Positions 55,767 through 64,000 of a stretch of 64,000 bases of DNA are shown piece after piece. Position numbers and translations under genes: made by a program. Position 1 is the stretch's first letter. Each line of letters begins with the position of its first letter. The DNA is taken from the NCBI GenBank assembly GCA_030765235.1, contig JAVCCW010000001.1, positions 35,172 to 99,171 on the forward strand, given 5' to 3'. The notes below the pieces were generated by a model that was not told the origin of the DNA, searched no databases, and worked only from the letters and a program-made list of their open reading frames with translations. The stretch is from Candidatus Gorgyraea atricola. Lineage in GTDB: Bacteria; Omnitrophota; Gorgyraeia; Gorgyraeales; Gorgyraeaceae.

Positions 55767-55951
55767 TTAGCAAGTGGGTGCCCTCTTAGATGTTTGGTGT
55801 TCCCTAGCTCCTAAGAACCAGGTCTACAGCCACACCTAACGTTAGGCTCCCAATTTAATGGTGTTGGCTCAAAAACTTCCTTTTCACCGCGCGCGCTGCA
55901 GGGATACCTATATTATAGCATAAAGAGCTGAATAAATCAACTCGGCGCCCC

Positions 55952-58015
55952 TTACCTTATCTGCGCGCCCAGCTCCTTGACAAGCGAATCTTGTATATTT
56001 TTGTGTATCTGGATGACCTCTTCGTCCTTCAGGGTCTTTTCGTCTGAACGATATTCTACTGTATAAGCAAGGCTCTTTTTACCCTCTTGGATCTGCTGAC
56101 CTTTATAGAGATCAAAGACATCGACTGATCTCACCAGTTCATTGCCTTGCTTTTTTATCAAATCGAATATGCCCTCCGCGCTTACAGAATCATCCACGAG
56201 TATAGAGATGTCTCTCTTGATGGAAGGATATCTTGGTAATGCCATGAATTTTCTCTGAAGCTGGGCATACTGCAATATCTTTTCCATGTCAATCTCTGCG
56301 AGATAGACCTTTTGTTTTATGCCAAACTTTCTGGCGATGCTTGGCTTCACCTCTCCTGCAACACCGATTATGTCCTTGTCTATCTTTATACAGATCGATA
56401 TCTCGTCCCTGAATATGAAAGACTCTGCCTTCTCGATCTTATAATCCATTATACCAATAGACGGTAAAAAGGTCTCCACGACACCTTTTAAGTCAAAGAA
56501 CTCCAGGTCTCTTGGCCTATCTTTCCAGTTGCCTTTTGTAGATCCACACATGCCGATAGAGAGTCGCATCTTCTCTGATACTTCTCCTGCTTCTTGACCT
56601 TTGAGATAGATCTTGCTCATCTCAAAAAGCTGTATCGGGCTATTGCCCCTGTTAAGGTTCCAGCTAACAACCTCGAGCATCTCTGAAATCAAACTAGGCC
56701 TCATAAACTCCTGGTTAGAACTCAAAGGATTTTGAAGACGCACTAGCCCATCCAAAGATATGCCAAGCGCCTCTATGCTGGACCTACTCGCAAGGGTATA
56801 CGTAACGATCTCGTTAAGACTTAAAGAACAAAGAATATTCTTTAGCTCTTTTGCCAGCAGAAGTTCTGATTTTTTCTCTTCTTCATATGTCTTTTGTATT
56901 GTAAATTCGGGGATCTTTGAAGGGATCTTGTCATATCCATAAAGCCTTGCTATCTCTTCTATAAGATCTATGCCGTTTTCCAGATCCTGCCTATATGAAG
57001 GGCACCTTACAAGTATCTTCGATTTTCCTTTCTTTACAGGGTTCAGATCCAGCCTCTTAAAAATATCCATTATATCTGTAGAGATTATTTCTATGCCGAG
57101 CACCCGAGGGATCTCGTCTATATCCAGTTCGATCTCTTTTTCGTTAAGTACCTTCCCGCCTACATCAGTCAGCGTGCCCTTGAGCCTGCCACCTGCGATT
57201 TCCTTGATCATCTCTTGTGCCCTTACACTGGCAGCCAGGATCATGCCAAAATCAACTCCCCTTTCAAATCTGTAGCTCGATTCAGAGGCAAGACTAAGTT
57301 TTCTCTGGGCCTTTCTGACAATGACTGGATCAAAATACGCGCTCTCGAGCAGGATTGTTTTTGTCTTTTCTGATATCTCTGTATGTTTTCCGCCCATTAT
57401 GCCGGCTATTGCTACAGGTGAATTCGCATCCGCTATAATAAGCATACCAGGCTCTAATTCTCTTTTGACTCCGTCTATAGCAACGATCGACTCACCCTTC
57501 TTTGTCTTTCTGACAATGATCTTTCCGCCTTCCAGTTTATCAAGATCAAATGCGTGAAGAGGCTGGCCTGTTTCAAAAAGCACGTAATTTGTTATATCAA
57601 CTATGTTATTCACAGATCTAACGCCCACTGCATTGAGCCTCTCAACAAGCCACTGAGGAGAAGGTCCTACCTTGACATTTTTTATAATGCACCCTACATA
57701 CCTGGGGCATGCCTTTTTATCTAACACCTCTACTTTTGCAGAGCCGCGGCCAGACCCTTTTTTCATGTAGGCCTTTTTGATCGACGCTGGCACTTTTAGA
57801 GAGCTATCAATTGCTGCTGCAAGCTCTCTTGCAACACCCATAACAGACAGACAATCAGGCCTGTTAGGCGTGATCTCTATATCCATAATGTGGTCTTTCT
57901 CTATATTAATGACAGAAGTGACTTCAAGACCTGTCATGGTAAGGGCCTGTTGAACCTTGTCCGGCCCGCCTTTCACGTCAACATAATCCTTTAACCAATC
58001 TAAACTAATTCGCAT
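55952..58015 (-). CDS. pheT: phenylalanine--tRNA ligase beta subunit (short form)
   Basis: MRISLDWLKDYVD B3/4 start, followed by B5 and the class II core. It is adjacent to pheS. Confidence 0.85.
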   Translation of the reverse strand: MRISLDWLKDYVDVKGGPDKVQQALTMTGLEVTSVINIEKDHIMDIEITPNRPDCLSVMGVARELAAAIDSSLKVPASIKKAYMKKGSGRGSAKVEVLDKKACPRYVGCIIKNVKVGPSPQWLVERLNAVGVRSVNNIVDITNYVLFETGQPLHAFDLDKLEGGKIIVRKTKKGESIVAIDGVKRELEPGMLIIADANSPVAIAGIMGGKHTEISEKTKTILLESAYFDPVIVRKAQRKLSLASESSYRFERGVDFGMILAASVRAQEMIKEIAGGRLKGTLTDVGGKVLNEKEIELDIDEIPRVLGIEIISTDIMDIFKRLDLNPVKKGKSKILVRCPSYRQDLENGIDLIEEIARLYGYDKIPSKIPEFTIQKTYEEEKKSELLLAKELKNILCSLSLNEIVTYTLASRSSIEALGISLDGLVRLQNPLSSNQEFMRPSLISEMLEVVSWNLNRGNSPIQLFEMSKIYLKGQEAGEVSEKMRLSIGMCGSTKGNWKDRPRDLEFFDLKGVVETFLPSIGIMDYKIEKAESFIFRDEISICIKIDKDIIGVAGEVKPSIARKFGIKQKVYLAEIDMEKILQYAQLQRKFMALPRYPSIKRDISILVDDSVSAEGIFDLIKKQGNELVRSVDVFDLYKGQQIQEGKKSLAYTVEYRSDEKTLKDEEVIQIHKNIQDSLVKELGAQIR

Positions 58016-58033
58016 AAGTCCCTTCCTTTAATA

Positions 58034-58492
58034 TTAAATTACATTAGTAATAATTCCATTAACGATTGTAAAGGTTTTTTGATTGGGCGCATTTCCCGCT
58101 GTAACGACACCTGAGTAGCCTGTAGAGGCACCCACTGAAACAGAACCTGCTGTATCGCTAACTGAAAAGACTATGGTGCTTACAGTATCAGCGTTGACTG
58201 TGCCAGTTACATCCAGGGCCTGTACAGGAACAGTTGTGCCTATGCCCACATTGCCTTCTATTACTAAATCGGCATTGGCGTCGATTGTATTTGTGCATGT
58301 ACCAGGCGCCCAGCAATAATCTGAACCAGCATAATTATCTCCTATTGCTATTTTCTTTGACCTAAGCTCATCATACGCCCCATACGGCGCAGGATAATAC
58401 GTGGTAAGTGTAATCTCTTCGGCGATACTAATAACATTCATACACAATATCGCAAATAAAATTATCGAAAATATTATAAAGATCCTCTTCAT
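58034..58492 (-). CDS. hypothetical small exported protein
   Basis: N-terminal signal peptide. Repetitive G/T/V-rich stretches are present, such as GNVGIGTTVPVQALDVTG. Confidence 0.5.
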   Translation of the reverse strand: MKRIFIIFSIILFAILCMNVISIAEEITLTTYYPAPYGAYDELRSKKIAIGDNYAGSDYCWAPGTCTNTIDANADLVIEGNVGIGTTVPVQALDVTGTVNADTVSTIVFSVSDTAGSVSVGASTGYSGVVTAGNAPNQKTFTIVNGIITNVI

Positions 58493-58520
58493 AACTCCCC
58501 CTTCCGCGTAAGTTCCGCGT

Positions 58521-58563
58521 CTAAAGTAGACAAATCAGTCAGTGACTGTTTTGTCTACTTTAG
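58521..58563. repeat. palindromic REP-like element, copy B, flanked by a 19-nt imperfect direct repeat
   Basis: ctaaagtagacaaa-N14-tttgtctactttag. The flanks are cttccgcgtaagttccgcg and cttccgcgtggttccgcg. Confidence 0.85.
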
Positions 58564-58585
58564 CTTCCGCGTGGTTCCGCGATTA

Positions 58586-59602
58586 TTAAAATTGCTTCAA
58601 AAACCTCACGTCGTTCTCGTAAAAGAGTCTTATGTCGTCGATGCCATGTTTTAACATGCAAATCCTGTCAATGCCCATGCCGAACGCAAGCCCTGTATAT
58701 TTCGAAGGATCTATCTTCACAAACTCAAGCACCTTTGGATTTATCATACCTGCGCCAAGCACCTCGAGCCAGCCTTTATGCGAACAGACCCTGCAGCCCT
58801 TGCCTTTGCATATAAAACATGATATATCGATCTCGGCTGAGGGTTCAGTAAAAGGAAAATAGTGCGGCCTGAACTTCATCTTTACATCGTCGCCAAAATA
58901 TTCCTTTGCAAACTTCTCCAGTATGCCCTTTAAATCAGAAAACACGATCCCTTCGTCGACCATGAATCCCTCTATCTGGTAAAACATGAACGAGTGGCTC
59001 GCGTCAACCGCATCTGGCCTGTAGACCTTGCCTGCGTGTATGACCTGTATGGGGGGCTTTTCCTTTTCCATGATCCTGATCTGCGCAGTAGATGTCTGGC
59101 TGCGCAACAGTCTCCCGCCCTCGACATAAAACGTATGAAAAGTCTCCCTTGAAGGATGTTTCTTAGGAATATTAAGCGCCTCAAAATTATAAAATTCTGT
59201 TTCCACTTCTGGCGTAATAACAGACTTAAACCCCATCCTGAGAAAAATATCTATAATGTCCTCCATGGTCTTTAAAAGCGGGTGGGCGTGGCCCATCTCC
59301 CTTTTTAAACCTGGGAGCGTCGTGTCATTTATCTCAAAAAGCGTCTGCTCTGCGTCCCTGAAAGACTGCTCCTTCTCATCCAATAAAGAGCCGATCTTAC
59401 CCTTTAATTCATTTATATACTGCCCTGCCTTTGGCTTGTCTTTTTTCGCGACATTCTTTATGCCTTTTATGGCAGAGGTGATCTCGCCTTTTCGGCCAAG
59501 ATACTTGACCTTTATCTTTTCCAGTTCTTCAAGATTGGCCACCTCTACGACTTCCTTAAGGGCAAGTTTTTCCATGGTCTTCAGTTTTTCTAACAGCTTC
59601 AT
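58586..59602 (-). CDS. pheS: phenylalanine--tRNA ligase alpha subunit
   Basis: Class II aaRS motifs: FRPHYFPFTEPSAE and GLAFGMGIDRICM. Confidence 0.9.
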   Translation of the reverse strand: MKLLEKLKTMEKLALKEVVEVANLEELEKIKVKYLGRKGEITSAIKGIKNVAKKDKPKAGQYINELKGKIGSLLDEKEQSFRDAEQTLFEINDTTLPGLKREMGHAHPLLKTMEDIIDIFLRMGFKSVITPEVETEFYNFEALNIPKKHPSRETFHTFYVEGGRLLRSQTSTAQIRIMEKEKPPIQVIHAGKVYRPDAVDASHSFMFYQIEGFMVDEGIVFSDLKGILEKFAKEYFGDDVKMKFRPHYFPFTEPSAEIDISCFICKGKGCRVCSHKGWLEVLGAGMINPKVLEFVKIDPSKYTGLAFGMGIDRICMLKHGIDDIRLFYENDVRFLKQF

Positions 59603-59612
59603 GCATTCCCCC

Positions 59613-60314
59613 TTATTTCTCTATATGATATTTCTTCTTGAACTTATCCAGGTTCTCGTTCGAGCCTATAATTACAAAAGTATCTCCTTGTTTAACAACA
59701 TAATCTGCCTTTGGCGCCACATTTAAGTCTTCTTTGCCGTCTGCGCCCGCGTCCTTTCTCCGTATGCCAATAATATTCAGTCCGTGTTTTGCCCTAACGT
59801 CCATGTCCCTGATGGACTTTCCAATAAATTCCTTTGGCGGCACTGTTTCCATTATGCCGAATTCTGGCGAGAGCTCTATGTGTTCGAGTATAGACGGGGA
59901 TGTAAGTGAATTCGCGATCCTTGCGCCCATGTCCCTTTCGAGCAGCACTACTTTTTCTGCGCCGACCTTTTCCAGGACCTTGCCATGTTCATTTGTTACT
60001 GCGCGGGCAACAACATGCTGGATGCCCAGCTCCTTTAAAATCAATGTCGTAAGAACAGAGGCCTCGAGATTTGTGCCTATGCCTACTACTGCCACATCCA
60101 CATTCATTATGCCAACAGCCTTTAGCGCCTTTTCATCTGTAGAATCCACCTGCACTGCTTCTGTTGCAAACTCAGATGCCTCCTGCACCAATTCTTCGTC
60201 TTTATCAATAGCCAGCACCTGATGGCCTTTTTCGCTCAATGTCTTTGCCACGCTCCAACCAAACCTGCCCAATCCTATTACCGCGAACTGTCTCATTTTA
60301 TCCTCCTTAGCCAA
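59613..60314 (-). CDS. ktrA: TrkA/KtrA K+ uptake regulatory subunit (RCK N and C domains)
   Basis: FAVIGLGRFGWSVAKTL Rossmann fold plus RCK_C. Confidence 0.8.
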   Translation of the reverse strand: MAKEDKMRQFAVIGLGRFGWSVAKTLSEKGHQVLAIDKDEELVQEASEFATEAVQVDSTDEKALKAVGIMNVDVAVVGIGTNLEASVLTTLILKELGIQHVVARAVTNEHGKVLEKVGAEKVVLLERDMGARIANSLTSPSILEHIELSPEFGIMETVPPKEFIGKSIRDMDVRAKHGLNIIGIRRKDAGADGKEDLNVAPKADYVVKQGDTFVIIGSNENLDKFKKKYHIEK

Positions 60315-61665
60315 CCATGACTTTTTCTTCAGGATATTTATAGATGATCTGCTGTTCCTTCATCGCAACTGCGAGCGCAAGCGTCAAAGGCCCTATCCTC
60401 CCGACAAACATTGTGATCATGATCAAGAATTTTCCCGCAGGGCTTAATATAGGTGTAATGCCTGTTGAAAGTCCTACTGTGCCGAATGCAGAAGTAACCT
60501 CAAACAGTATCTGTAAAAAATAATTAGGCATTGCCTCGTTCCCGCGCTCAACAAAACTTAGAAGCATAGTAAAGCCCACTATCCATGTAACAGCCAGACC
60601 TGCTATCATCACTGCCTTTCTGAAAATCGGCCGGGGTATAGTCCTTTTAAATCCCTGTATATTATTCCTGTTTTTTATCATGCTCCATGCGCCTGCTAAA
60701 AGAACCCCGAAGGTACATGTCTTTATGCCGCCGCCTGTTGAACCAGGCGAGGCGCCTATGAACATTAATATAATAATGAAAAATAGCGTCGGGCTTGCAA
60801 GATCAGCTATGGACACTGTATTAAAACCTGCTGTCCTGGATGTGGTGGATTGGAAAAATGATGTTAAGATTTTATCCTTCAGGCCAAGACCATCCAAGAC
60901 CTGGTGATTCTCGAGCAAAAAGAAAACTGCTGCGCCCAGTAAAAGTAACGCGGCACTCACACTCACAGCCATCTTTGTCTGAAGGCTTAGTTTTGCGAAA
61001 AGATGTTTAACCCCTTCCTTGCTCCCTAAAAAGAGTTTTCGAAAAGCCCATCTGAAGATCTTTGGAATATCTATAAGCACTATAAATCCAATACCGCCCA
61101 GAATAATCAGGGCGATCATGACGAGATTCACATACGCATCCTGCCTGTACAAGGCAAAACTCGCGGCATTGAGTGAAAATCCAGCGTTGCAAAATGCAGA
61201 TATAGCATGAAAGATTGAGGCATAGATGTCGCCAAATCGATTATACAAAAGCGCCGCGCCGATAGCCTCCAGACAAAACGTTATCCCGAGAATATACAGG
61301 ATAAGTGTCTTTAGCCCTAGCACAGAATGGTGATCAAGCGCGCCCTTCACTACGACATTTTCGCGAAGCGTAAGTTTTCTGCCCAAGAGAATCGCGAAGA
61401 ATGTGGATAGCGTCATTATGCCGAGTCCGCCTATCTGTATTAGAAATAATATTACAGAGCGGCCGAAGTCAGAAAAATCAGTGCCTGTGTCCTTTACAAT
61501 AAGCCCTGTGACGCAGGTAGCGCTTGTCGCAGTAAAAAATGCATCCACTGCGCCTATTGATTCGCCATCACTAGAGCTCTGAGGCAAAGACAAAAGCACT
61601 GCACCAATGAGAATTGCTATAAGAAAGCTAAATATCACCACCTGAGGCGGTTTCAATTTACGCAT
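60307..61665 (-). CDS. ktrB: TrkH/KtrB family K+ transporter
   Basis: Polytopic protein with repeated selectivity-filter-like glycines. It overlaps ktrA by 8 nt. Confidence 0.8.
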   Translation of the reverse strand: MRKLKPPQVVIFSFLIAILIGAVLLSLPQSSSDGESIGAVDAFFTATSATCVTGLIVKDTGTDFSDFGRSVILFLIQIGGLGIMTLSTFFAILLGRKLTLRENVVVKGALDHHSVLGLKTLILYILGITFCLEAIGAALLYNRFGDIYASIFHAISAFCNAGFSLNAASFALYRQDAYVNLVMIALIILGGIGFIVLIDIPKIFRWAFRKLFLGSKEGVKHLFAKLSLQTKMAVSVSAALLLLGAAVFFLLENHQVLDGLGLKDKILTSFFQSTTSRTAGFNTVSIADLASPTLFFIIILMFIGASPGSTGGGIKTCTFGVLLAGAWSMIKNRNNIQGFKRTIPRPIFRKAVMIAGLAVTWIVGFTMLLSFVERGNEAMPNYFLQILFEVTSAFGTVGLSTGITPILSPAGKFLIMITMFVGRIGPLTLALAVAMKEQQIIYKYPEEKVMVG

Positions 61666-61675
61666 AAGAGCTTAC

Positions 61676-62026
61676 TTATTTCTTTTTCGTGGCGTCTACT
61701 AGTTTCTTAAAAACTGGTCTATCATTCACTGCTAGATCTGCCAGGATCTTCCTATTTAGACTCACCTTTGAATCTGACAAGGACTTCATGAATTTGCTGT
61801 AAGATACGCCAAGGTCTTTACAGGCATTGGATATCCTTAGAATCCAGAGTCTTCTTATAGTTCTTTTTTTCACACGCCTATCTCTAGTGGCGTACATAAG
61901 GGCTTTATTGACTGACTCCATTGTGACTCTGTGCCACTTGCTCCTGCCAGCCCTCTGGCCCTTTGCCATCTTAGAAACTTTTTTTCTGCGTGCGCGCGAT
62001 GCTGGTCCATATTTTACTCGTGCCAC
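61676..62026 (-). CDS. rplT: 50S ribosomal protein L20
   Basis: MARVKYGPASRARRKKV...RDRRVKKR. Confidence 0.9.
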   Translation of the reverse strand: MARVKYGPASRARRKKVSKMAKGQRAGRSKWHRVTMESVNKALMYATRDRRVKKRTIRRLWILRISNACKDLGVSYSKFMKSLSDSKVSLNRKILADLAVNDRPVFKKLVDATKKK

Positions 62027-62038
62027 TTTCCCCTCCTT

Positions 62039-62236
62039 TTAACCGTACGGTAACAATTTCTTTGTTCTTCTTGCTACCTTTCCTGTAATTATTGTGGCCT
62101 TTCTTAAGCCGCGCTTGCGGCCAGAAGATTTAGACGTCAATAAATGTCTTCTTCCTGCTTTATGACCTTTGAGTTTCCCCTTTTTTGTTAATTTAAGACG
62201 CTTCTTCGCGCCCTTGTTCGTCTTTAACTTTGGCAT
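62039..62236 (-). CDS. rpmI: 50S ribosomal protein L35
   Basis: MPKLKTNKGAKKRLKLTKKGKL. Confidence 0.9.
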   Translation of the reverse strand: MPKLKTNKGAKKRLKLTKKGKLKGHKAGRRHLLTSKSSGRKRGLRKATIITGKVARRTKKLLPYG

Positions 62237-62247
62237 TATATTCTCCT

Positions 62248-62784
62248 TTATTTCTTTACAGTGCTTTTAGCGCGCGGGGTAAAGTACACCTGGATGCTTC
62301 TGCCTTCCCGTGCAGGGCCTTTTTCAACCTCTCCGACATCAGCAAGATCAGATACAACGCGGTCCAATACCTTCCTGCCTATATCCATGTGAGCCATCTC
62401 CCTGCCCCTGAATACCATTGTAATCTTTGTCTTATCCCCTCTTTCCAAAAATTTCTTGAGATGGTGAAGCTTGACCTGATAGTCGTGTTCTTCTATATGA
62501 GGTTTTACCTTGATCTCCTTTAGATGCACTATCTTTTGATGTTTGCGGGCCTCTTTTTCCTTTTTATCCTGGTCGTATTTGAATTTACTATAATCCATAA
62601 TACGACATACAGGCGGCTTTGCAGAAGCTGCGACTTCTACTAAATCAAGTCCTGCCTCCTGCGCCCTCTGCAGCGCATCTTGAGTGGGCACAACTCCCAT
62701 CTGCTCACTATCAGGCCCTATCAACCTGACCTCTTTTATCCTGATTCTTTGATTTACTCTAAGTGGCCTTGCGATACTAATCAC
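62248..62784 (-). CDS. infC: translation initiation factor IF-3
   Basis: IRIKEVRLIGPDSEQMGV...CRIMDYSKFKY. The track start is a GTG lying inside the RBS AGGAGGTGA, so the real start is probably the non-canonical AUU/AUC just downstream (62781 or 62775). Confidence 0.85.
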   Translation of the reverse strand: MISIARPLRVNQRIRIKEVRLIGPDSEQMGVVPTQDALQRAQEAGLDLVEVAASAKPPVCRIMDYSKFKYDQDKKEKEARKHQKIVHLKEIKVKPHIEEHDYQVKLHHLKKFLERGDKTKITMVFRGREMAHMDIGRKVLDRVVSDLADVGEVEKGPAREGRSIQVYFTPRAKSTVKK

Positions 62785-62787
62785 CTC

Positions 62788-64000
62788 CTATTTTCGTTGT
62801 TCGGTTTTAGGTGTTCGCGATTCGTCTTTTATCCTCTTCAAAAACTCCTCTATCTTTATAGTGCCGAGATTGCCTTCTTTTCTTGCGCGGAGCGAAACCG
62901 TACCAGCGTCTTTTTCCTTGTCGCCCACGATCAGCATATACGGGACCTTGTTTAATTCTGCCTCGCGTATCTTATACTGAAGCTTTTCGCTCCTTGCGTC
63001 TATCTCAGCCCTTATATCTTCCTCCTGTAATTTCTTCAAAATGCCTGTTGCGTAATCATGCGAGCGATCTGTGATCGGGGCCACTACTGCCTGCACAGGA
63101 CTAAGCCACACAGGAAACGCGCCTTTATAATGCTCGATAAGCGTACCTATAAAACGCTCAACACTCCCGAGTATAACCCTGTGCAACATTACTGGTCTCT
63201 CTTTTTTGCCGTCTTTCGATATGTAAGATAGATCAAATCTTTCAGGCAACGCAAAATCACACTGTACTGTTGCGCACTGCCAAGGACGGCCCAATGCATC
63301 TTTTACCATGATATCTATCTTTGGCCCGTAAAACGCTCCCTCGCCCTCGTTGACTTCGTACTTCATGCTTTTTGACTCGAGCGCCTTCTTTAGCGCGCCT
63401 GTAGCAGCTTCCCAAATATCGAGTGAGCCAATGTATTTTGGCGGGCGGGTTGAAAGATCGATCTTATAATCAGTAAATCCAAACACCTTCATTGTATCAA
63501 TGACAAAATCTATAACACCCTCGATCTCTTTTTCAACCTGTGATGGAAGACAAAAGATATGCGCATCGTCCTGCGTAAATCCTCTTACCCTTAAAAGCCC
63601 ATGGAGCACGCCTGATTTTTCGCGCCTGTGCACATTGCCTAATTCAAAAAATCGTATAGGCAGGTCCTTGTAGCTGCGTAGTTTTGACTTATAGATCAGC
63701 ATATGGCCAGGACAGTTCATTGGCTTTAGCACATACTCGTCTTTCTCGACCTTAAAGATGTACATGTTTTCTTTATAATATTCATAATGGCCAGAAGTGA
63801 CCCAGATGTCTGATTTTAAGATATGCGGGCTCATAACTATCTGATAGCCGCGCTTCAAATGTTCTTTCTTTATGTAATCCTCTATGTGCATCCTTAATAA
63901 AGCGCCTTTTGGATGATAAAACACAAGGCCTGGCCCGACCTCGTCGTGGATGCTGAATAGATCCAGGTCTTTGCCAAGTTTTCTGTGATCCCGGAGCTTT
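62788..64000 (-). CDS. thrS: threonine--tRNA ligase. Only the C-terminal approximately 400 aa are present, truncated by the window edge.
   Basis: Class II core plus anticodon-binding domain. The reading frame stays open to position 64000 (upstream residues ...[25 protein letters not shown]). The stop TAG overlaps the infC RBS. Confidence 0.85.
   Translation of the reverse strand, partial: KLRDHRKLGKDLDLFSIHDEVGPGLVFYHPKGALLRMHIEDYIKKEHLKRGYQIVMSPHILKSDIWVTSGHYEYYKENMYIFKVEKDEYVLKPMNCPGHMLIYKSKLRSYKDLPIRFFELGNVHRREKSGVLHGLLRVRGFTQDDAHIFCLPSQVEKEIEGVIDFVIDTMKVFGFTDYKIDLSTRPPKYIGSLDIWEAATGALKKALESKSMKYEVNEGEGAFYGPKIDIMVKDALGRPWQCATVQCDFALPERFDLSYISKDGKKERPVMLHRVILGSVERFIGTLIEHYKGAFPVWLSPVQAVVAPITDRSHDYATGILKKLQEEDIRAEIDARSEKLQYKIREAELNKVPYMLIVGDKEKDAGTVSLRARKEGNLGTIKIEEFLKRIKDESRTPKTEQRK

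Noticed and set aside
55790-55875. Possible tRNA in the pheT-rarA intergenic region
   Set aside because: No GTTCRANYC T-loop and no cloverleaf could be built on either strand.

Overview
This 64 kb window looks like a chromosomal segment from a low-GC (about 38-40%) bacterium. It is almost entirely minus-strand coding; the only clear plus-strand gene is at 29801..32026. No rRNA, tRNA or CRISPR was seen. The giant genes and the operon content resemble Omnitrophota/candidate-phylum genomes, but that is inference only.

Genes read right to left on the minus strand:
- An edge-truncated thrS-infC-rpmI-rplT block, then ktrB/ktrA and pheS/pheT.
- rarA, a ThiI-like PP-loop ATPase, an Rrf2 regulator, cysK, a DUF39 homocysteine-synthesis sulfurtransferase, a NifU-like protein, rex and an ArsB/NhaD-type permease.
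- Four tandem paralogous signal-peptide proteins of 658, 1195, 864 and 615 aa.
- A HAD/DUF523/NYN/ThyA-like/lgt operon.
- An AmmeMemoRadiSam system with a fused, signal-peptide-bearing Memo+AMMECR1 protein.
- nnr, glmS and rsmI.
- Three giant secreted multidomain proteins of 1723, 1649 and 1692 aa, flanking mscS, yggT and an otsA-otsB-X-treT trehalose operon.
- A PyrR-attenuated pyr operon, pyrR-(GIY-YIG)-pyrB-pyrC-(EndoQ-like)-pyrK.

Features worth a second look:
- The four-gene paralog array has a sharply bounded, near-identical 5' block of about 85 nt and a conserved 3'-UTR element.
- The trio of giant secreted enzymes with paralogous signal peptides shares a promoter motif.
- In-frame palindromes sit inside otsB (48 bp perfect) and nnr.
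- A (GACAAGG)n heptamer repeat lies in frame in both pyrK and the spermidine-synthase-like gene.
- A GIY-YIG ORF bracketed by 21-bp perfect inverted repeats sits inside the pyr operon.
- A palindromic REP-like element occurs twice.
- Tandem DnaA-box 9-mers lie upstream of the nifU-rex operon.
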